This document shows positions 49,965 to 60,928 of a DNA stretch of 64,000 nt, piece after piece. Within the stretch, counting starts at the first letter, position 1, and each line of letters opens with the position of its first letter. This DNA is from Nitrospinaceae bacterium (lineage in GTDB: Bacteria > Nitrospinota > Nitrospinia > Nitrospinales > Nitrospinaceae), in the NCBI GenBank assembly GCA_965237905.1, contig OZ250172.1, positions 2,976,001 to 3,040,000 of the forward strand, written 5' to 3'. The position numbers were made by a program, and so were the translations under genes. The notes under the pieces are model-generated. The model was not told the DNA's origin. It did no database searches and saw only the letters and a program-made list of their open reading frames with translations.

Positions 49965-50740
49965 GCTTTCAGGACCGCCAGGACTTTTTGCATATCATCG
50001 TACACCGCTTGCCGGTTTTCCTTGGTGTAGGCGCGGAGAAGGTAGGCCGGGTGATAAGTAAGCATCAGCTTCATTCCCTCGAACTCATGCCAGGTGCCGC
50101 GCTCCTTGGTGATGGGAACGGTCCGGCCCAGCAGGGTGCTGGCGGCGGGCTTGCCCAGGGCGACAATCACTTTGGGACGAATGGCTTTCAGTTGTTTGAT
50201 GAGAAACGGTTTGCAGGCCTCCACTTCATCTTTTTCGGGGTCGCGGTTGCCCGGAGGGCGGCACTTAACGATATTGCAAATATAAGCATCCTTTTCCCGG
50301 TCGAGCAACATTCCCTTTTCGATGATTTCCGTCAGTTTCTTGCCGGCACGACCGACAAAGGGAAGTCCCTGTGCATCCTCGTCGGCTCCGGGGCCTTCAC
50401 CGACAAATACCAGGTCGGCATTGGGATTGCCCGATCCGAATACGATGGTCTGCCGGGTCTCACATAATTTGCAACGCTGGCAGTCGCCCAATTCTTCGCG
50501 AACGGCGGCCAGCCGGGAGGAAGATTCGCCGTTACCCTGCGGTTCTGCGAGAGGTGATTTTGGGGTCATTTCGGATTCCAAAGGTTGGCTGTTGGGAAAA
50601 GTCCCGGAGGGGATGGCCATTACCGGCAATTCACTCAACTCGCTGTTCAGGGGAATATGGGTGTGTCCCGATTCCCGAAGAAACATCAGGTAGTTTTTCA
50701 ACTGCTGCAGTAGAAGTGCGCGTTCTGTATCAGGTACCAT
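49961..50740 (-). CDS. Uracil-DNA glycosylase family 4
   Basis: [47 protein letters not shown]. Confidence 0.95.
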   Translation of the reverse strand: MVPDTERALLLQQLKNYLMFLRESGHTHIPLNSELSELPVMAIPSGTFPNSQPLESEMTPKSPLAEPQGNGESSSRLAAVREELGDCQRCKLCETRQTIVFGSGNPNADLVFVGEGPGADEDAQGLPFVGRAGKKLTEIIEKGMLLDREKDAYICNIVKCRPPGNRDPEKDEVEACKPFLIKQLKAIRPKVIVALGKPAASTLLGRTVPITKERGTWHEFEGMKLMLTYHPAYLLRAYTKENRQAVYDDMQKVLAVLKA

Positions 50741-51002
50741 GCCACCTAGAATAACAGATGATGTTGTTCCGTCAATCCCTTATAACTATTTGAAAATAAA
50801 GGATAAAATGTCAAACTATCCCGTATTCGGAGCATGGCTCCACAGTTGCTCTTAAAAGGGTTCAACGGACCCCAAGTATACCAATCCCGCGTGGAAACGG
50901 AAATGGGGAATTCCGTGGCGGTAAACGGGGAAGCCGTCATATTTTGATTTGTTTGGGTTTAGCGGTTCGTTTATAATCACTTCAAACAAATGGAGAAATA
51001 AG

Positions 51003-51317
51003 ATGTCCGGTTTGAAAAGCGCTTGGGAAATCAGTATGGAAAAATCCGACAAACTGGTTCCTGAGGTGAAAAAACAAAAAAAACTGACCACCAAGCAGAA
51101 AGAACACATCGCCGAGATTCGCAAGGAATTCAAAGCCAAAATCGCGGATAAGGACGTCACCCTTCAGCACACGCTGAACCGCCTTGCCGAACGGACCCGG
51201 CCCGAGGATTTAGAAATAGAATCGGAAAAACTGAAGCAGGAATTTTCGGAAGAAAAAGAGCAGTTGGAAAAAGAGATGGAAACTCAAGTCGAGGCCATCC
51301 GCAAACCATCCCAATAA
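51003..51317 (+). CDS. Hypothetical coiled-coil protein
   Basis: MSGLKSAWEISMEK start with GGAG RBS; highly charged helical sequence. Confidence 0.7.
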   Translation: MSGLKSAWEISMEKSDKLVPEVKKQKKLTTKQKEHIAEIRKEFKAKIADKDVTLQHTLNRLAERTRPEDLEIESEKLKQEFSEEKEQLEKEMETQVEAIRKPSQ

Positions 51318-51411
51318 TCCTTTCTTTTCATTTCTCTATTCTCAGCCCCCCACTTGGTTTAAATTTTTTTATAAATACAGATATTGATCTTTTGGATAAT
51401 TGATTAGACCC

Positions 51412-53076
51412 ATGAAGGAAACTGTTAAAAACCAAATCGCCAACGCGTTGACCCGGGCAAAAGAAAGCGGCGACCTGAGTTTGCCGGAGATGCCTGAAAT
51501 CATCATCGAAGAGCCCAAGGATGAAAAGCTGGGGGATTTTGCGACGACTTTGGCGATGCAGTTGGCGCGTTCGGAAAAGAAGAACCCGAAGGCGATCGCC
51601 GAGACGATATGCCGTTTCCTGAAGGATGGGGCGGATTCCATCGAATCGGCCGAGGTGGCGGGGCCGGGTTTTATCAATATAAAGATGTCAGTAGACTTTT
51701 TCCAAAGCCGTTTGAAGGAGGCGATTCTTCAAGGCCGCGAGTTCGGCCAATCAGACGTCGGCCAAAAGAAAAAAGTTCTGCTGGAATTTGTCAGCGCCAA
51801 TCCTACTGGTCCGCTCCATGTTGGGCATGGCCGTGGTGCCGCGGTTGGGCATGCGCTGTCCTGCCTCATGAAAAAGGCAGGCTTCGATGTTTCGACCGAG
51901 TATTACGTCAACGACGTCGGCAATCAGATGAACACGCTGGGCCGTTCGACCTGGCTGCGGTATCAGGAATTATTGAAGAAGAAAGTGGAATTTCCCGAAG
52001 ACGGGTATCAAGGGGAGTACATCAAGGAGATTGCTCAGGCAGTGATTGATAACGACGGTTCCAGTCATTTCGATAAACAGGATGAAGACGCGCTGACCTT
52101 TTTCCGAAAATTTTCCAAGGACTCCATTCTTGAAGGCATACGCAACGATCTCAAAGAATTCCGGGTGGAATTTGACCGCTGGTTCAACGAATCGAGTTTG
52201 GATGACGACGATTCGGTCAACAAGGCGATCGATTGGCTGCGGGAAAAGGGCTTCGTCTATGAAAAAGACGGCGCCACCTGGGTCAAGACCTCCCAGTTCA
52301 AAGACGACGCCGACCGGGTGATTATCAAGCAGGGCGGCGAGAGAACTTATTTTTGCTCGGACATCGCGTATCACAAGAACAAGGTCGACCGGGGATATGA
52401 TCTCATTCTGGATTTGTGGGGGGCGGATCATCACGGTTATGTGCCGCGCATGCAGTCGGTGCTCCAGGCCATGAATTACGACCAGGAAGTTTTCAAGGTT
52501 CTGCTGGTACAGTTTGTGTCCTTGAAACGCGGAGGCCAGAAGGTTTCGATGTCTACCCGGTCAGGTGAGTTTGAAACGCTGGCCAACGTGGTGGCGGAAG
52601 TGGGGGTCGATGCCACCCGGTTCTTTTTCCTGATGCGCAGTTCGGACAGTCATCTCGATTTCGATCTGGATTTGGCCAAGAAGGAGTCGCCGGAAAACCC
52701 CGTGTACTATATCCAGTACGCCCATGCCCGGATATGCAGTGTGTTCCGTACCGCCGGGGAGCAGGAGGTTCCCACGCCGGATTTGGCCTTCACTGACCTT
52801 TCCTTGCTGAAAGAAGAGGAAGAGTTTGCGCTGATCAAGAAGATTCTGGCCTACCCGGCCTGCATTGAAAAAAGCGCCCTGTCGCTGGAGATACACCGTA
52901 TCGCCTTTTATCTGCAGGAACTGGTCTCCATTTTTCACAGCTATTACAAACAGCACCGCGTCGTGACCGAGAATCGGGAGCTGACAATGGCCCGTCTGTT
53001 GCTTTTGGATTGCCTGAGAAATGTGATCGCCAGCGGCCTGGGTATCCTTGGTGTCTCCTCTCCTGAGAAAATGTAA
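51412..53076 (+). CDS. argS: Arginine--tRNA ligase
   Basis: AGPGFIN, EFVSANPTGPLHVGHGR, WGADHHGY, MSTRSG, YYIQYAHARI. Confidence 0.98.
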   Translation: MKETVKNQIANALTRAKESGDLSLPEMPEIIIEEPKDEKLGDFATTLAMQLARSEKKNPKAIAETICRFLKDGADSIESAEVAGPGFINIKMSVDFFQSRLKEAILQGREFGQSDVGQKKKVLLEFVSANPTGPLHVGHGRGAAVGHALSCLMKKAGFDVSTEYYVNDVGNQMNTLGRSTWLRYQELLKKKVEFPEDGYQGEYIKEIAQAVIDNDGSSHFDKQDEDALTFFRKFSKDSILEGIRNDLKEFRVEFDRWFNESSLDDDDSVNKAIDWLREKGFVYEKDGATWVKTSQFKDDADRVIIKQGGERTYFCSDIAYHKNKVDRGYDLILDLWGADHHGYVPRMQSVLQAMNYDQEVFKVLLVQFVSLKRGGQKVSMSTRSGEFETLANVVAEVGVDATRFFFLMRSSDSHLDFDLDLAKKESPENPVYYIQYAHARICSVFRTAGEQEVPTPDLAFTDLSLLKEEEEFALIKKILAYPACIEKSALSLEIHRIAFYLQELVSIFHSYYKQHRVVTENRELTMARLLLLDCLRNVIASGLGILGVSSPEKM

Positions 53077-53226
53077 GGCATATCCGCCCTTTACCGGATT
53101 TTCCCGGCCCTCTTGACCCCTCAAAAAAAATCTTATAAACTATTGAAAAATTGTGTATAATTTCATTATCAATTTTTCTCTCTGTTGTTTCGAGAGGTCA
53201 CATTTGATTTCAAGTCGGGTGAAGCC

Positions 53227-54030
53227 ATGGGATTTCTGAAAAAAGTATTTTTATTGAGTCTGTTAAGTTTAGCAGGGTGGGGCCTCTATTCTGCCGGTCA
53301 GAACAACCTGTTCTCGTTTCTGAGCAGTGAGTCCGGGGAGCAGGTCCAGGTGGCCAAGAAGGACCGCGCGGTTAAACCCAAATCTTTTTTCAAAAAAGTG
53401 AAAGACGTGATGCCCGCTCCGGTTAAGAAATACGACTACACTTTTTTTGAAACCCTGGAAGACGTGGATCTGGAACGGTATGTCGATCTGGATGGCAAGG
53501 TCAAAGTCATGAAGAAAACCGTTCACTCCTGGGTGGATGAAGTGGGGAAAGTCATCCATGAGCCACGCATACTCCTGGCTTCATACAAGGAGCCGGATGA
53601 GGGGACAGAGGAACCCTCTTCTTCCTACGAGGATATCATCAATAAACTGGACGACCTGATGAAGGAGAAACCGAAGAAAAAAACGGCGTCTCCAACAGCT
53701 CCATCGAGTTCGGTCAAACGTGTGACTCCCCCCATCGCCCCGGCCGGTTCAGCCAAGCGGGCGGTCGCCCCGTCCAGGGTTTCAAGCAAACCCTACCTGG
53801 TTCAAGTCAGTTCTTTCCGCAAATTAAGCCATGCCCGCGCTTTAGAATCCAAACTTCAACAGCAAGGGTATTCCGCTTTTGTAATGAGCGTGGAAGTCTC
53901 TAAAACCAAAGGGGTCTGGTACCGGGTATTTCTCGGAAAATATCAGACCGAAGCGAACGCCCGCGCCGTCGCTCAAAAGGCGCAACAACTCCACAACCTG
54001 AAGGCCATCGTTCTGAAATCTTCCAAGTAA
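53227..54030 (+). CDS. SPOR domain protein (FtsN-like)
   Basis: N-terminal TM, YTFFETL, C-terminal YLVQVSSF...WYRVFLG; downstream of argS. Confidence 0.88.
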   Translation: MGFLKKVFLLSLLSLAGWGLYSAGQNNLFSFLSSESGEQVQVAKKDRAVKPKSFFKKVKDVMPAPVKKYDYTFFETLEDVDLERYVDLDGKVKVMKKTVHSWVDEVGKVIHEPRILLASYKEPDEGTEEPSSSYEDIINKLDDLMKEKPKKKTASPTAPSSSVKRVTPPIAPAGSAKRAVAPSRVSSKPYLVQVSSFRKLSHARALESKLQQQGYSAFVMSVEVSKTKGVWYRVFLGKYQTEANARAVAQKAQQLHNLKAIVLKSSK

Positions 54031-54074
54031 CCTGTTTAAATTATAAAGAGAGTTATTCGATCGTAAGGGAAGGG

Positions 54075-55469
54075 TCAGAAGGGCTTCAAATCCCCGATGT
54101 AGCGTTCTGAATTATCGAAGTGTTGTAGAACTTCCACCGGATCGTCGATCCGGGGCCCGCCGTAAAAATTTTCGTTGCTGTCATACCAGGTGTTGAACCG
54201 GTACCCCTCGGTGTCGTCGTGGTAGAGTTTCCGCCGCGCGTCCTCCCCCTTGAAGGTAAAATCCAACTGCGCAGTTTTTCCGGCTTCAATGGTGACGGTC
54301 CCTGTTTGTATGGGTACGAAAGGGTGCCAGGCAGTCACTTCGTAGGTGCCGGGCGGGATGTTTTCGATATTGAAGTTTCCTTCGGCGTCGCTGATCACAA
54401 AGTAGGGGTTGTCGACGATATAGCCCCGGGTCTGGAGGAAAGGATGCAGGTTGCATTTCAGAATGAACTCTGGCGCGCCGGGTTTGATGAAAGCGGAACG
54501 GACCTGCGAATTGACCGGTAATACGCTTTTGTTGCTGGTCTGGTTCCGGTGCGCTCCGTAGATTTCATAGGTGGCGATTTCGTGTTTGATGGGATCCGTA
54601 TTTTCAATCAGGATATCCTCCCCGTTCTTGATGCCGATCACGTATTTGTTCACGTGACACAGTTTGAGATGCAGGGTTTGCATTTTGCGCGGGAAGGGTT
54701 TTCCTTTTTCGATCCCCTGGATGGCAATGATTGCGTCCTGGAGTCCGCCTTTCTTAGAGACGGTAAAATCGTACAAAATCCGGTGGCCCTTGCCGTCCGA
54801 CATGCGCGAGCAGAATTCGATATTGGGTGCGTGGATTAAATGGAACGCTCGCGCCTTGGGCACCAGGCCAGCCAGATTGACGCGACCCGCCAGTGTTCCT
54901 CCCTGATCGACCGATGTGATTTTGTAATCGAGCGGAATCTGGTCATGGAGTTGCTTTGCCAGCTTGTAATTTCTCTTGTACAGTTTATCGACCTGTTTCC
55001 GCGCCTTTTCGTCCCGGCCCAACTGATGGTAAATCAGTCCCAGATCGTAATCCGCATGGACCATGCGTGAATCTTTTTGGAGAGCCATTTCGATTTCCTG
55101 AGCGGCGTCTTCCAGAAAGTTGAGTTTGGCGAGAGACAGGCCGCGGAAATACCGGAAGTTGGCATTGTCATAACCCATCTCCAGCGCTTTCTGGAAGGCG
55201 AGGAGGGCCTCCTTGTGGCGGTTGACCCGGCTGAGGGCCACTCCCAGATTGGCCTGCGCTATGGAATTGTCGGGTTTTTCCTGCAAGGCCTTTTCGAATT
55301 CGAGAATGGCTCCATTCCAATCTCCCTTTTGGCTTAAAACTTTGGCCTTGTGGAGAGCCTCTTCGGATGTCCCGGCCAAGGAGAGTGCAGTGGCGCTTAT
55401 CGCAAACCATACAGCCCAAAAAACAAGGGCCAAGGTACCGCATTGGGTTTTCCTATAAGAAATGCGCAT
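54075..55469 (-). CDS. TPR plus cupredoxin-like/carboxypeptidase-regulatory-like domain protein
   Basis: Signal peptide, about 4 TPRs, then NTDPIKHEI...CNLHPFLQ; NPYF...D.EGNF.IENIPPGTY.V.AWHP; paralogue of 38293-39132. Confidence 0.8.
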   Translation of the reverse strand: MRISYRKTQCGTLALVFWAVWFAISATALSLAGTSEEALHKAKVLSQKGDWNGAILEFEKALQEKPDNSIAQANLGVALSRVNRHKEALLAFQKALEMGYDNANFRYFRGLSLAKLNFLEDAAQEIEMALQKDSRMVHADYDLGLIYHQLGRDEKARKQVDKLYKRNYKLAKQLHDQIPLDYKITSVDQGGTLAGRVNLAGLVPKARAFHLIHAPNIEFCSRMSDGKGHRILYDFTVSKKGGLQDAIIAIQGIEKGKPFPRKMQTLHLKLCHVNKYVIGIKNGEDILIENTDPIKHEIATYEIYGAHRNQTSNKSVLPVNSQVRSAFIKPGAPEFILKCNLHPFLQTRGYIVDNPYFVISDAEGNFNIENIPPGTYEVTAWHPFVPIQTGTVTIEAGKTAQLDFTFKGEDARRKLYHDDTEGYRFNTWYDSNENFYGGPRIDDPVEVLQHFDNSERYIGDLKPF

Positions 55470-55707
55470 ACAATTTAAATTCCCTGTTGAACGATGAGGT
55501 CAATCTATCAAGTAGGACCAGACCCGTCAAGGACCTTTAAAATACTGACGAGCAACCCTTTTTATTACCCAATGACCCAAAAATTCGAGTAACCTATAAT
55601 ACATCGAATCACTCTCTCTATAGATACGCTGGATGGACTATTTATTTCAATCCCTGGCGTTTTAAGCTTCATTCTTTAAACCCTAAGGCGGGGTTAGCCT
55701 CGACCGA

Positions 55708-56697
55708 ATGGGAGTTCTTATGGCTGGTTTCGACTATAATTTTGATCCCCATCCCTGGGCTCGCGGACCGATTGCGCAGACCATTACCGGTTCCCAGTTC
55801 ACGGGCAATCCCCAACTTCCACACAGGGTCCAGCATCGGATTCGGCTGGACGAAAAGAATTTGCTGTTGATGTATGAATTAAAAGCGGCAGAGGAATCCG
55901 CTCCCGTCGTGCTCATCGGTCATGGCATGGGCGGGTGCAGTGAATCCGGTTATATGCGTCGAATCGCCGCCAAGCTCTTCCAGGAAGGTTTTAGCGTTTT
56001 TATGATGAATCAACGGGGCAGTGGCCACGGCATCGGGTTGTGCGACCGGCTCTGGAACGGCGGCTCGAGTGAGGATTTGGCGCGGATGATTCAATTTATT
56101 GTGGATATGTATTCCGACCGGAAACTTCTTTTGATAGGGTTTTCCCTGACCGGCAATATTCTTCTGAAATACCTGGGCGAGGGCAGGCAAATCCCCTCTA
56201 ATGTCCATTCCGCTCTGGCGGTGAACCCTCCCATCGATCTTAAAGTAGCCAGCGAGAAAATATCGGAAGGGCCTTGGTCCAACGCCTTCAACAAATATTA
56301 CCTCTCCTTGATGAACCGGCAGGTGGAGGCCATGGTGGAATGCCATCCGGATGCTTTTCGGCCCGCTGTTGCGCCCAAAACGATCTGGGAGTTTGATGTG
56401 GAGTATACCGCCCCCGCTTTCGATTATCCCCGAGTGGGAGCCTATTATGAGGAATGCAGTTCAAAACAATTTTTGGAGCACATTACTATCCCCACCACGA
56501 TTCTCTGTTCTCAGGATGATCCCTTTGTACCCTCGGAAATCTTTCAGAGTGCGCGGATGAGCCAGCAGATAGATTTCATGAATCCGGAGTTCGGCGGTCA
56601 TATGGGCTATATCTCCCGTTCCCGGAACGATTTGGGAGATCGTCGCTGGATGGATTTTATTTGTGTCCAATGGGCGAAAACCCTTTATCCTAAATAG
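55708..56697 (+). CDS. YheT-family alpha/beta hydrolase
   Basis: HGMGGCSESGY, NQRG, GFSLTG nucleophile elbow, DDPFV, GGHMG. Confidence 0.9.
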   Translation: MGVLMAGFDYNFDPHPWARGPIAQTITGSQFTGNPQLPHRVQHRIRLDEKNLLLMYELKAAEESAPVVLIGHGMGGCSESGYMRRIAAKLFQEGFSVFMMNQRGSGHGIGLCDRLWNGGSSEDLARMIQFIVDMYSDRKLLLIGFSLTGNILLKYLGEGRQIPSNVHSALAVNPPIDLKVASEKISEGPWSNAFNKYYLSLMNRQVEAMVECHPDAFRPAVAPKTIWEFDVEYTAPAFDYPRVGAYYEECSSKQFLEHITIPTTILCSQDDPFVPSEIFQSARMSQQIDFMNPEFGGHMGYISRSRNDLGDRRWMDFICVQWAKTLYPK

Positions 56698-56747
56698 ATA
56701 GTCTTAAAGCCCCAAATACCTGTCCACTATTCTTGAGAGTCAATTCT

Positions 56748-58439
56748 ATGTTGGCAATGACCGACACCTACAAGCTTTTCCGGGTCCGATGGTTGTTTTT
56801 GAAAAATCATTTTGTTCATCCCGCCACTGACAAGTGGAGCCGATGGGTATTGATCGGAATCCTCGGGAGTCTTTTCTTCGCTGCCAATTATGCTTTCTTT
56901 TACCGGATGATCCGGTATCTGGATGAACTGCCCTTTAGGGTCGGAGAGGAACTGATCTTTCAACTGCTGAACGTGATATTTCTCACTCTGTTCGTAATGG
57001 TTTTGTTCTCCGCCATCATCGCTTCGTTGTCCATTTACTATATTTCTTCAGATCTGGATTTCCTGCACTCACAGCCGGTAAGCAAAGATTCTATTGTTCG
57101 CGTGCGTTTCGTTCAAACCCTCATCAACGCGTCCTGGGTGGTGCTGATTTTTGCCTTCCCCATTTTTCTGGCCTATGGATATTACTTTGATGTGAATTTG
57201 GGATACTACTTTTATCTTCTGGCAAGCCTGCCGCCTTTTGTGGTGATCCCCACTCTGTTAGGCATTATCGGAATTATGGTATTGATGTGGTTTTTCCCTA
57301 CGGACAAAGCCTATCAGATCTTGTCCTTCATGGGATTGTTCTTTCTGGCATGGATGATTATCTTTTTCCGTTTTTTATCGCCGGAAAAGTTTTTTGACAA
57401 GAAAGTTTCCGACGAAGCGATCATTGCTTTTGTGGAAAGCCTCAAAATGCCGGAATTCGGGTTTCACCCCAGCAGTTGGATGACGATTGGAGTGTCCAGC
57501 TGGTCCGAGCAACAAACGGGCACCGCTTTGTGGCAATTGTTCTACCTGTATGCGGCCGCTGTGGTTTTGAGTGGAGTTTTCTGGTGGATCAGCCGGAAAA
57601 TCTATTTTGCAAGTTGGCGCTCCTATCAAGAGGTCAAAAGCGCTCCACGAGATAAAGTCCAAAAGGGAGGGCCCAAAAAATCATTTTGGTTGAGTGTTTT
57701 GCCTTTCTCGTCCGGACAAAAGGGATTACTCCAAAAAGATCTCATTGTCTTCTCGCGGGATCCATCCTATTGGTCACAGTTGTTTATTCTGGCGGCGTTG
57801 GTGGCGGTTTATATTTTGAATATCGTCAACCTGCCACTGGAAAATATCGTTTTGAAAAATGTGGTTTCCATTTTGAATGTGGGGATGATTGGTTTTGTTC
57901 TTTCGGCCCTTGCGTCCCGGTTTGTATTCTCCACCACCAGCCTGGAAGGGAATAAGATGTGGACCGTCTACACCTCGCCGTTAAAAATGGAAAGCTTTCT
58001 GATCGGTAAATTTTTAATGTACTTTCCCCCACTCTTGCTCATTGGAGAATTTCTGGTGATTGTTTCCAACATTCTGCTTCAGGTCGATGCCTATGTCATG
58101 CGGATTTCCATCCTGGGGATTCTGTTTATAACCGTCGGTGTGGTGGGAATGGCAGTCGGTATGGGAGCCATGTATCCCAAATTTGATTATGAAAACATTT
58201 CGGAAATATCCGGCGGAACCGGCGCCATTCTGTTCGTTATCTCCAGCCTGATTTATGTGGGAGTGGTCATTGTTTTAGGGGCCCGTCCCATGTACGTCCA
58301 CTTTAAGCAGATCTATGTGGGCGGAGTGGCCGATTTCGAGGTCATCGGTTTTTATATCCTCATCATTGCGCTTTCATTTTATGTAGCGATTGTGCCCATG
58401 CGCCGGGGAATCCACGCTCTTAAGGTAAGGGATTTTTAG
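56748..58439 (+). CDS. Putative ABC-2-type permease
   Basis: About 12-14 TM; SSDLDFL.S.PV, KDL..F.RD..YWSQL, RFVF...SLEG. Confidence 0.8.
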   Translation: MLAMTDTYKLFRVRWLFLKNHFVHPATDKWSRWVLIGILGSLFFAANYAFFYRMIRYLDELPFRVGEELIFQLLNVIFLTLFVMVLFSAIIASLSIYYISSDLDFLHSQPVSKDSIVRVRFVQTLINASWVVLIFAFPIFLAYGYYFDVNLGYYFYLLASLPPFVVIPTLLGIIGIMVLMWFFPTDKAYQILSFMGLFFLAWMIIFFRFLSPEKFFDKKVSDEAIIAFVESLKMPEFGFHPSSWMTIGVSSWSEQQTGTALWQLFYLYAAAVVLSGVFWWISRKIYFASWRSYQEVKSAPRDKVQKGGPKKSFWLSVLPFSSGQKGLLQKDLIVFSRDPSYWSQLFILAALVAVYILNIVNLPLENIVLKNVVSILNVGMIGFVLSALASRFVFSTTSLEGNKMWTVYTSPLKMESFLIGKFLMYFPPLLLIGEFLVIVSNILLQVDAYVMRISILGILFITVGVVGMAVGMGAMYPKFDYENISEISGGTGAILFVISSLIYVGVVIVLGARPMYVHFKQIYVGGVADFEVIGFYILIIALSFYVAIVPMRRGIHALKVRDF

Positions 58440-58479
58440 AAGTCTTGGGAATTTCGCCATTCTTTGATATAAAAAAGAG

Positions 58480-59775
58480 ATGATGGAGTTATTCCCGGAA
58501 TATGAAAAACCAACCGATGGGCCCCCGCCTCCCCTGGCCGACCGCATGCGGCCTGAATCCTGGGAAGACCTGCTCGGCCATGAACACCTGATTGGCGAAA
58601 AAAGCCCGCTCCGCCGGTTGATCGAAAAGGATGCCGGACTGTCTTTTATTTTATGGGGACCGCCGGGAGCCGGCAAAACCACCATCGCCCGCATCGTGGC
58701 CCGCATCACCCAAAGCGAGTTTCATGAAATCAGTGCCGTGAATGCCGGTGTCGCGGACATCCGGAAAATCATCGAACGTGCCAAAGGCAGTTGGGCGCAA
58801 TCCAAACGCCGCACGGTTCTGTTCATCGACGAAATTCACCGCTTCAACAAGTCCCAGCAGGACGCCGTTCTGCCTTATGTCGAGAACGGAACCATCCGCC
58901 TGATCGGTTCCACCACCGAAAATCCTTCGTTTGAAGTCATCCCCGCATTGCGTTCCCGGTGCCAGGTGTTCCGTTTGGGATACCTCACCGCCGATCAAAT
59001 TCGCCACATCATTGAACGGGCTTTACAGGACGAAGTTCGCGGCTTGGGGGGTATCCCGGTTACTTTTGATGAGGCGGCGGTGGATTTGATCATCAGCCAT
59101 GCCAATGGCGATGCGCGCCGTGCGTTGAATGTGTTGGAAGCCGCGGTGATGTATCAGAAGGAACGCAATGCAGAACTACCCCCGCCGGTGTCGGCGGCGC
59201 CGGTGGGACAGTCGGTGATTGAGGGCATCATCCAACGGACGGCCGTTTTGTACGACAAGGATGGGACCGAGCATTACGATCACGCGTCCGCTTTTCAGAA
59301 AAGTATGCGGGGGTCGGATGCCGACGCCGCCGTTTACTGGCTGGCCAAGATGATCGCCGGCGGCGAAGACCCAAGATTCATCGCCCGCCGCCTGGTCGTC
59401 ACGGCGGCAGAGGATGTGGGGCTGGCCGATCCCATGGCACTGGTGCTCGCCAATGCGGCCTTCGATGTGGTGGAACGTATCGGCTTGCCCGAAGCGAGAA
59501 TCCCACTGGCGCAGGCGGTCATCTATGTCGCGCGGGCGCCGAAAGACAATACCGCCATCAAAGCCATCGACTCGGCTTTGAGCGACGTTGAGAAAAAAGG
59601 CCAGTCGTTTCCCGTCCCTAACCACCTCAGGGATGCCCATTATAAAGACGCCAAAAAATACGGCTACGGCACCGACTACAAATATCCCCATAATTATCCC
59701 GGTCACACAGTGGAACAGGAATACCTTCCCGCCGAACTGAAAGGCAAAAAATATGTGCCCCGTGACGATAAATAA
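58480..59775 (+). CDS. rarA: Replication-associated recombination protein A (MgsA)
   Basis: PLADRMRP, WGPPGAGKTT, FIDEIHRFNKSQQD, TTENPSFE, SAFQKSMRGSD, EDVGLADP. Confidence 0.97.
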   Translation: MMELFPEYEKPTDGPPPPLADRMRPESWEDLLGHEHLIGEKSPLRRLIEKDAGLSFILWGPPGAGKTTIARIVARITQSEFHEISAVNAGVADIRKIIERAKGSWAQSKRRTVLFIDEIHRFNKSQQDAVLPYVENGTIRLIGSTTENPSFEVIPALRSRCQVFRLGYLTADQIRHIIERALQDEVRGLGGIPVTFDEAAVDLIISHANGDARRALNVLEAAVMYQKERNAELPPPVSAAPVGQSVIEGIIQRTAVLYDKDGTEHYDHASAFQKSMRGSDADAAVYWLAKMIAGGEDPRFIARRLVVTAAEDVGLADPMALVLANAAFDVVERIGLPEARIPLAQAVIYVARAPKDNTAIKAIDSALSDVEKKGQSFPVPNHLRDAHYKDAKKYGYGTDYKYPHNYPGHTVEQEYLPAELKGKKYVPRDDK

Positions 59776-59819
59776 TTGATAGTGACCGGAAACGCCTTTT
59801 GCCAGTCGCACCTCGGAGC

Positions 59820-60365
59820 TTAACCATCTGATTTGAGCTGATCATTCGCAAGCCTCCGAGCTGAATCAATCTGCTCTTCTGTCATGTGGGCTTCGAGTCT
59901 TGGGATAGCGCCAGCAGCCTGCAAAAAGCCCTGAGCATTCGCAAGGACAAGCCACATATACGCCTCAACAATCCTACTCTCTTGTTCTTCCAACGGGCGG
60001 TTATCTTGACCAGCCATGAAGTCACCCGCCAGAATAGCGCAGAGAGCATATCGAGCTTGATCTATTCCCTGCTCTGCGGCCTTTCTATACCATTCTTCTG
60101 CGGCTTGATCGTCTGGTGCTACCAAACCGCTACCTGTCTCGTAACATACCCCGAGATTATATTGTGCAACCGCGTTGCCGCGCTTTGCTGCCTCACTAAA
60201 AATCTTAAGTGCGGTGGAAAGGTTTCCATCGTCAAAGGCAACAAATGCTTCTTCCAATCCGTGTTCCTCTATCAGATTATTTCTTACCACATGGTATGGA
60301 TTCGTGAGCGAGCCAAATATTTGGGCCAGCCAGTAGGTAAATTTTCTGCGGAGTTTTAGAAACAT
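59820..60365 (-). CDS. Sel1-like repeat protein
   Basis: AQYNLGVCYETG.G, A.EWYRKAAEQG, EAYMWL..A.AQG; start uncertain. Confidence 0.85.
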   Translation of the reverse strand: MFLKLRRKFTYWLAQIFGSLTNPYHVVRNNLIEEHGLEEAFVAFDDGNLSTALKIFSEAAKRGNAVAQYNLGVCYETGSGLVAPDDQAAEEWYRKAAEQGIDQARYALCAILAGDFMAGQDNRPLEEQESRIVEAYMWLVLANAQGFLQAAGAIPRLEAHMTEEQIDSARRLANDQLKSDG

Positions 60366-60610
60366 AGATTTCTGCCTTAAAAAATAAAGGGCTGATTTAT
60401 CTTTTTTCGTAACATCACGAGATAAAATATAAATGGTTAGCCTAAACCATACCAAAGAATTGACATTTTCGGCAAGCTGAAATAGAGTGAGTCTATCCAA
60501 ATATCCATAATAGGAGGGCTTACCGTGAAAAGGTTAATCCGTGTTCTTGCTGTTCCGCTTTTGCGCAAGCAACATTATCAACAGATTGATAAAGTGAAGG
60601 GAGAAAGCAA

Positions 60611-60928
60611 ATGGCTGATGACCAGATACTAAGCCAAGAAATAATTGTAAAATCAAATTTGGGTCAGGTACTGAAGATTTGGTGGTGGTTGACTTGGAGA
60701 CTGTTTTTAACTTTATTGGCTATTGTGTTTGTAATGTCATTTATTGGAACGACGTTGTTTCGTTTGTACCAACTTGATTACCAAAATGCCATCAGCACTT
60801 ATGGTGGAGGTTTGTTGTTTCACCTAAGTGCCTTCTATTTTGTAAGGCAATTATTTACTCGTGGAAAGTTTAAAGATTTCTCAATTGTATTGGTAGCGAC
60901 CAAGCGCAAGCCTGAAGAATTGATCTAG
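60611..60928 (+). CDS. Small hypothetical membrane protein
   Basis: GGAG RBS; LKIWWWLTWR plus two TM segments; AT-rich. Confidence 0.65.
   Translation: MADDQILSQEIIVKSNLGQVLKIWWWLTWRLFLTLLAIVFVMSFIGTTLFRLYQLDYQNAISTYGGGLLFHLSAFYFVRQLFTRGKFKDFSIVLVATKRKPEELI

Noticed and set aside
50741..51002. Possible structured RNA or cobalamin riboswitch between udg and the hypothetical gene
   Set aside because: Only short purine-rich resemblances; no B12 box that I can support without a covariance search.
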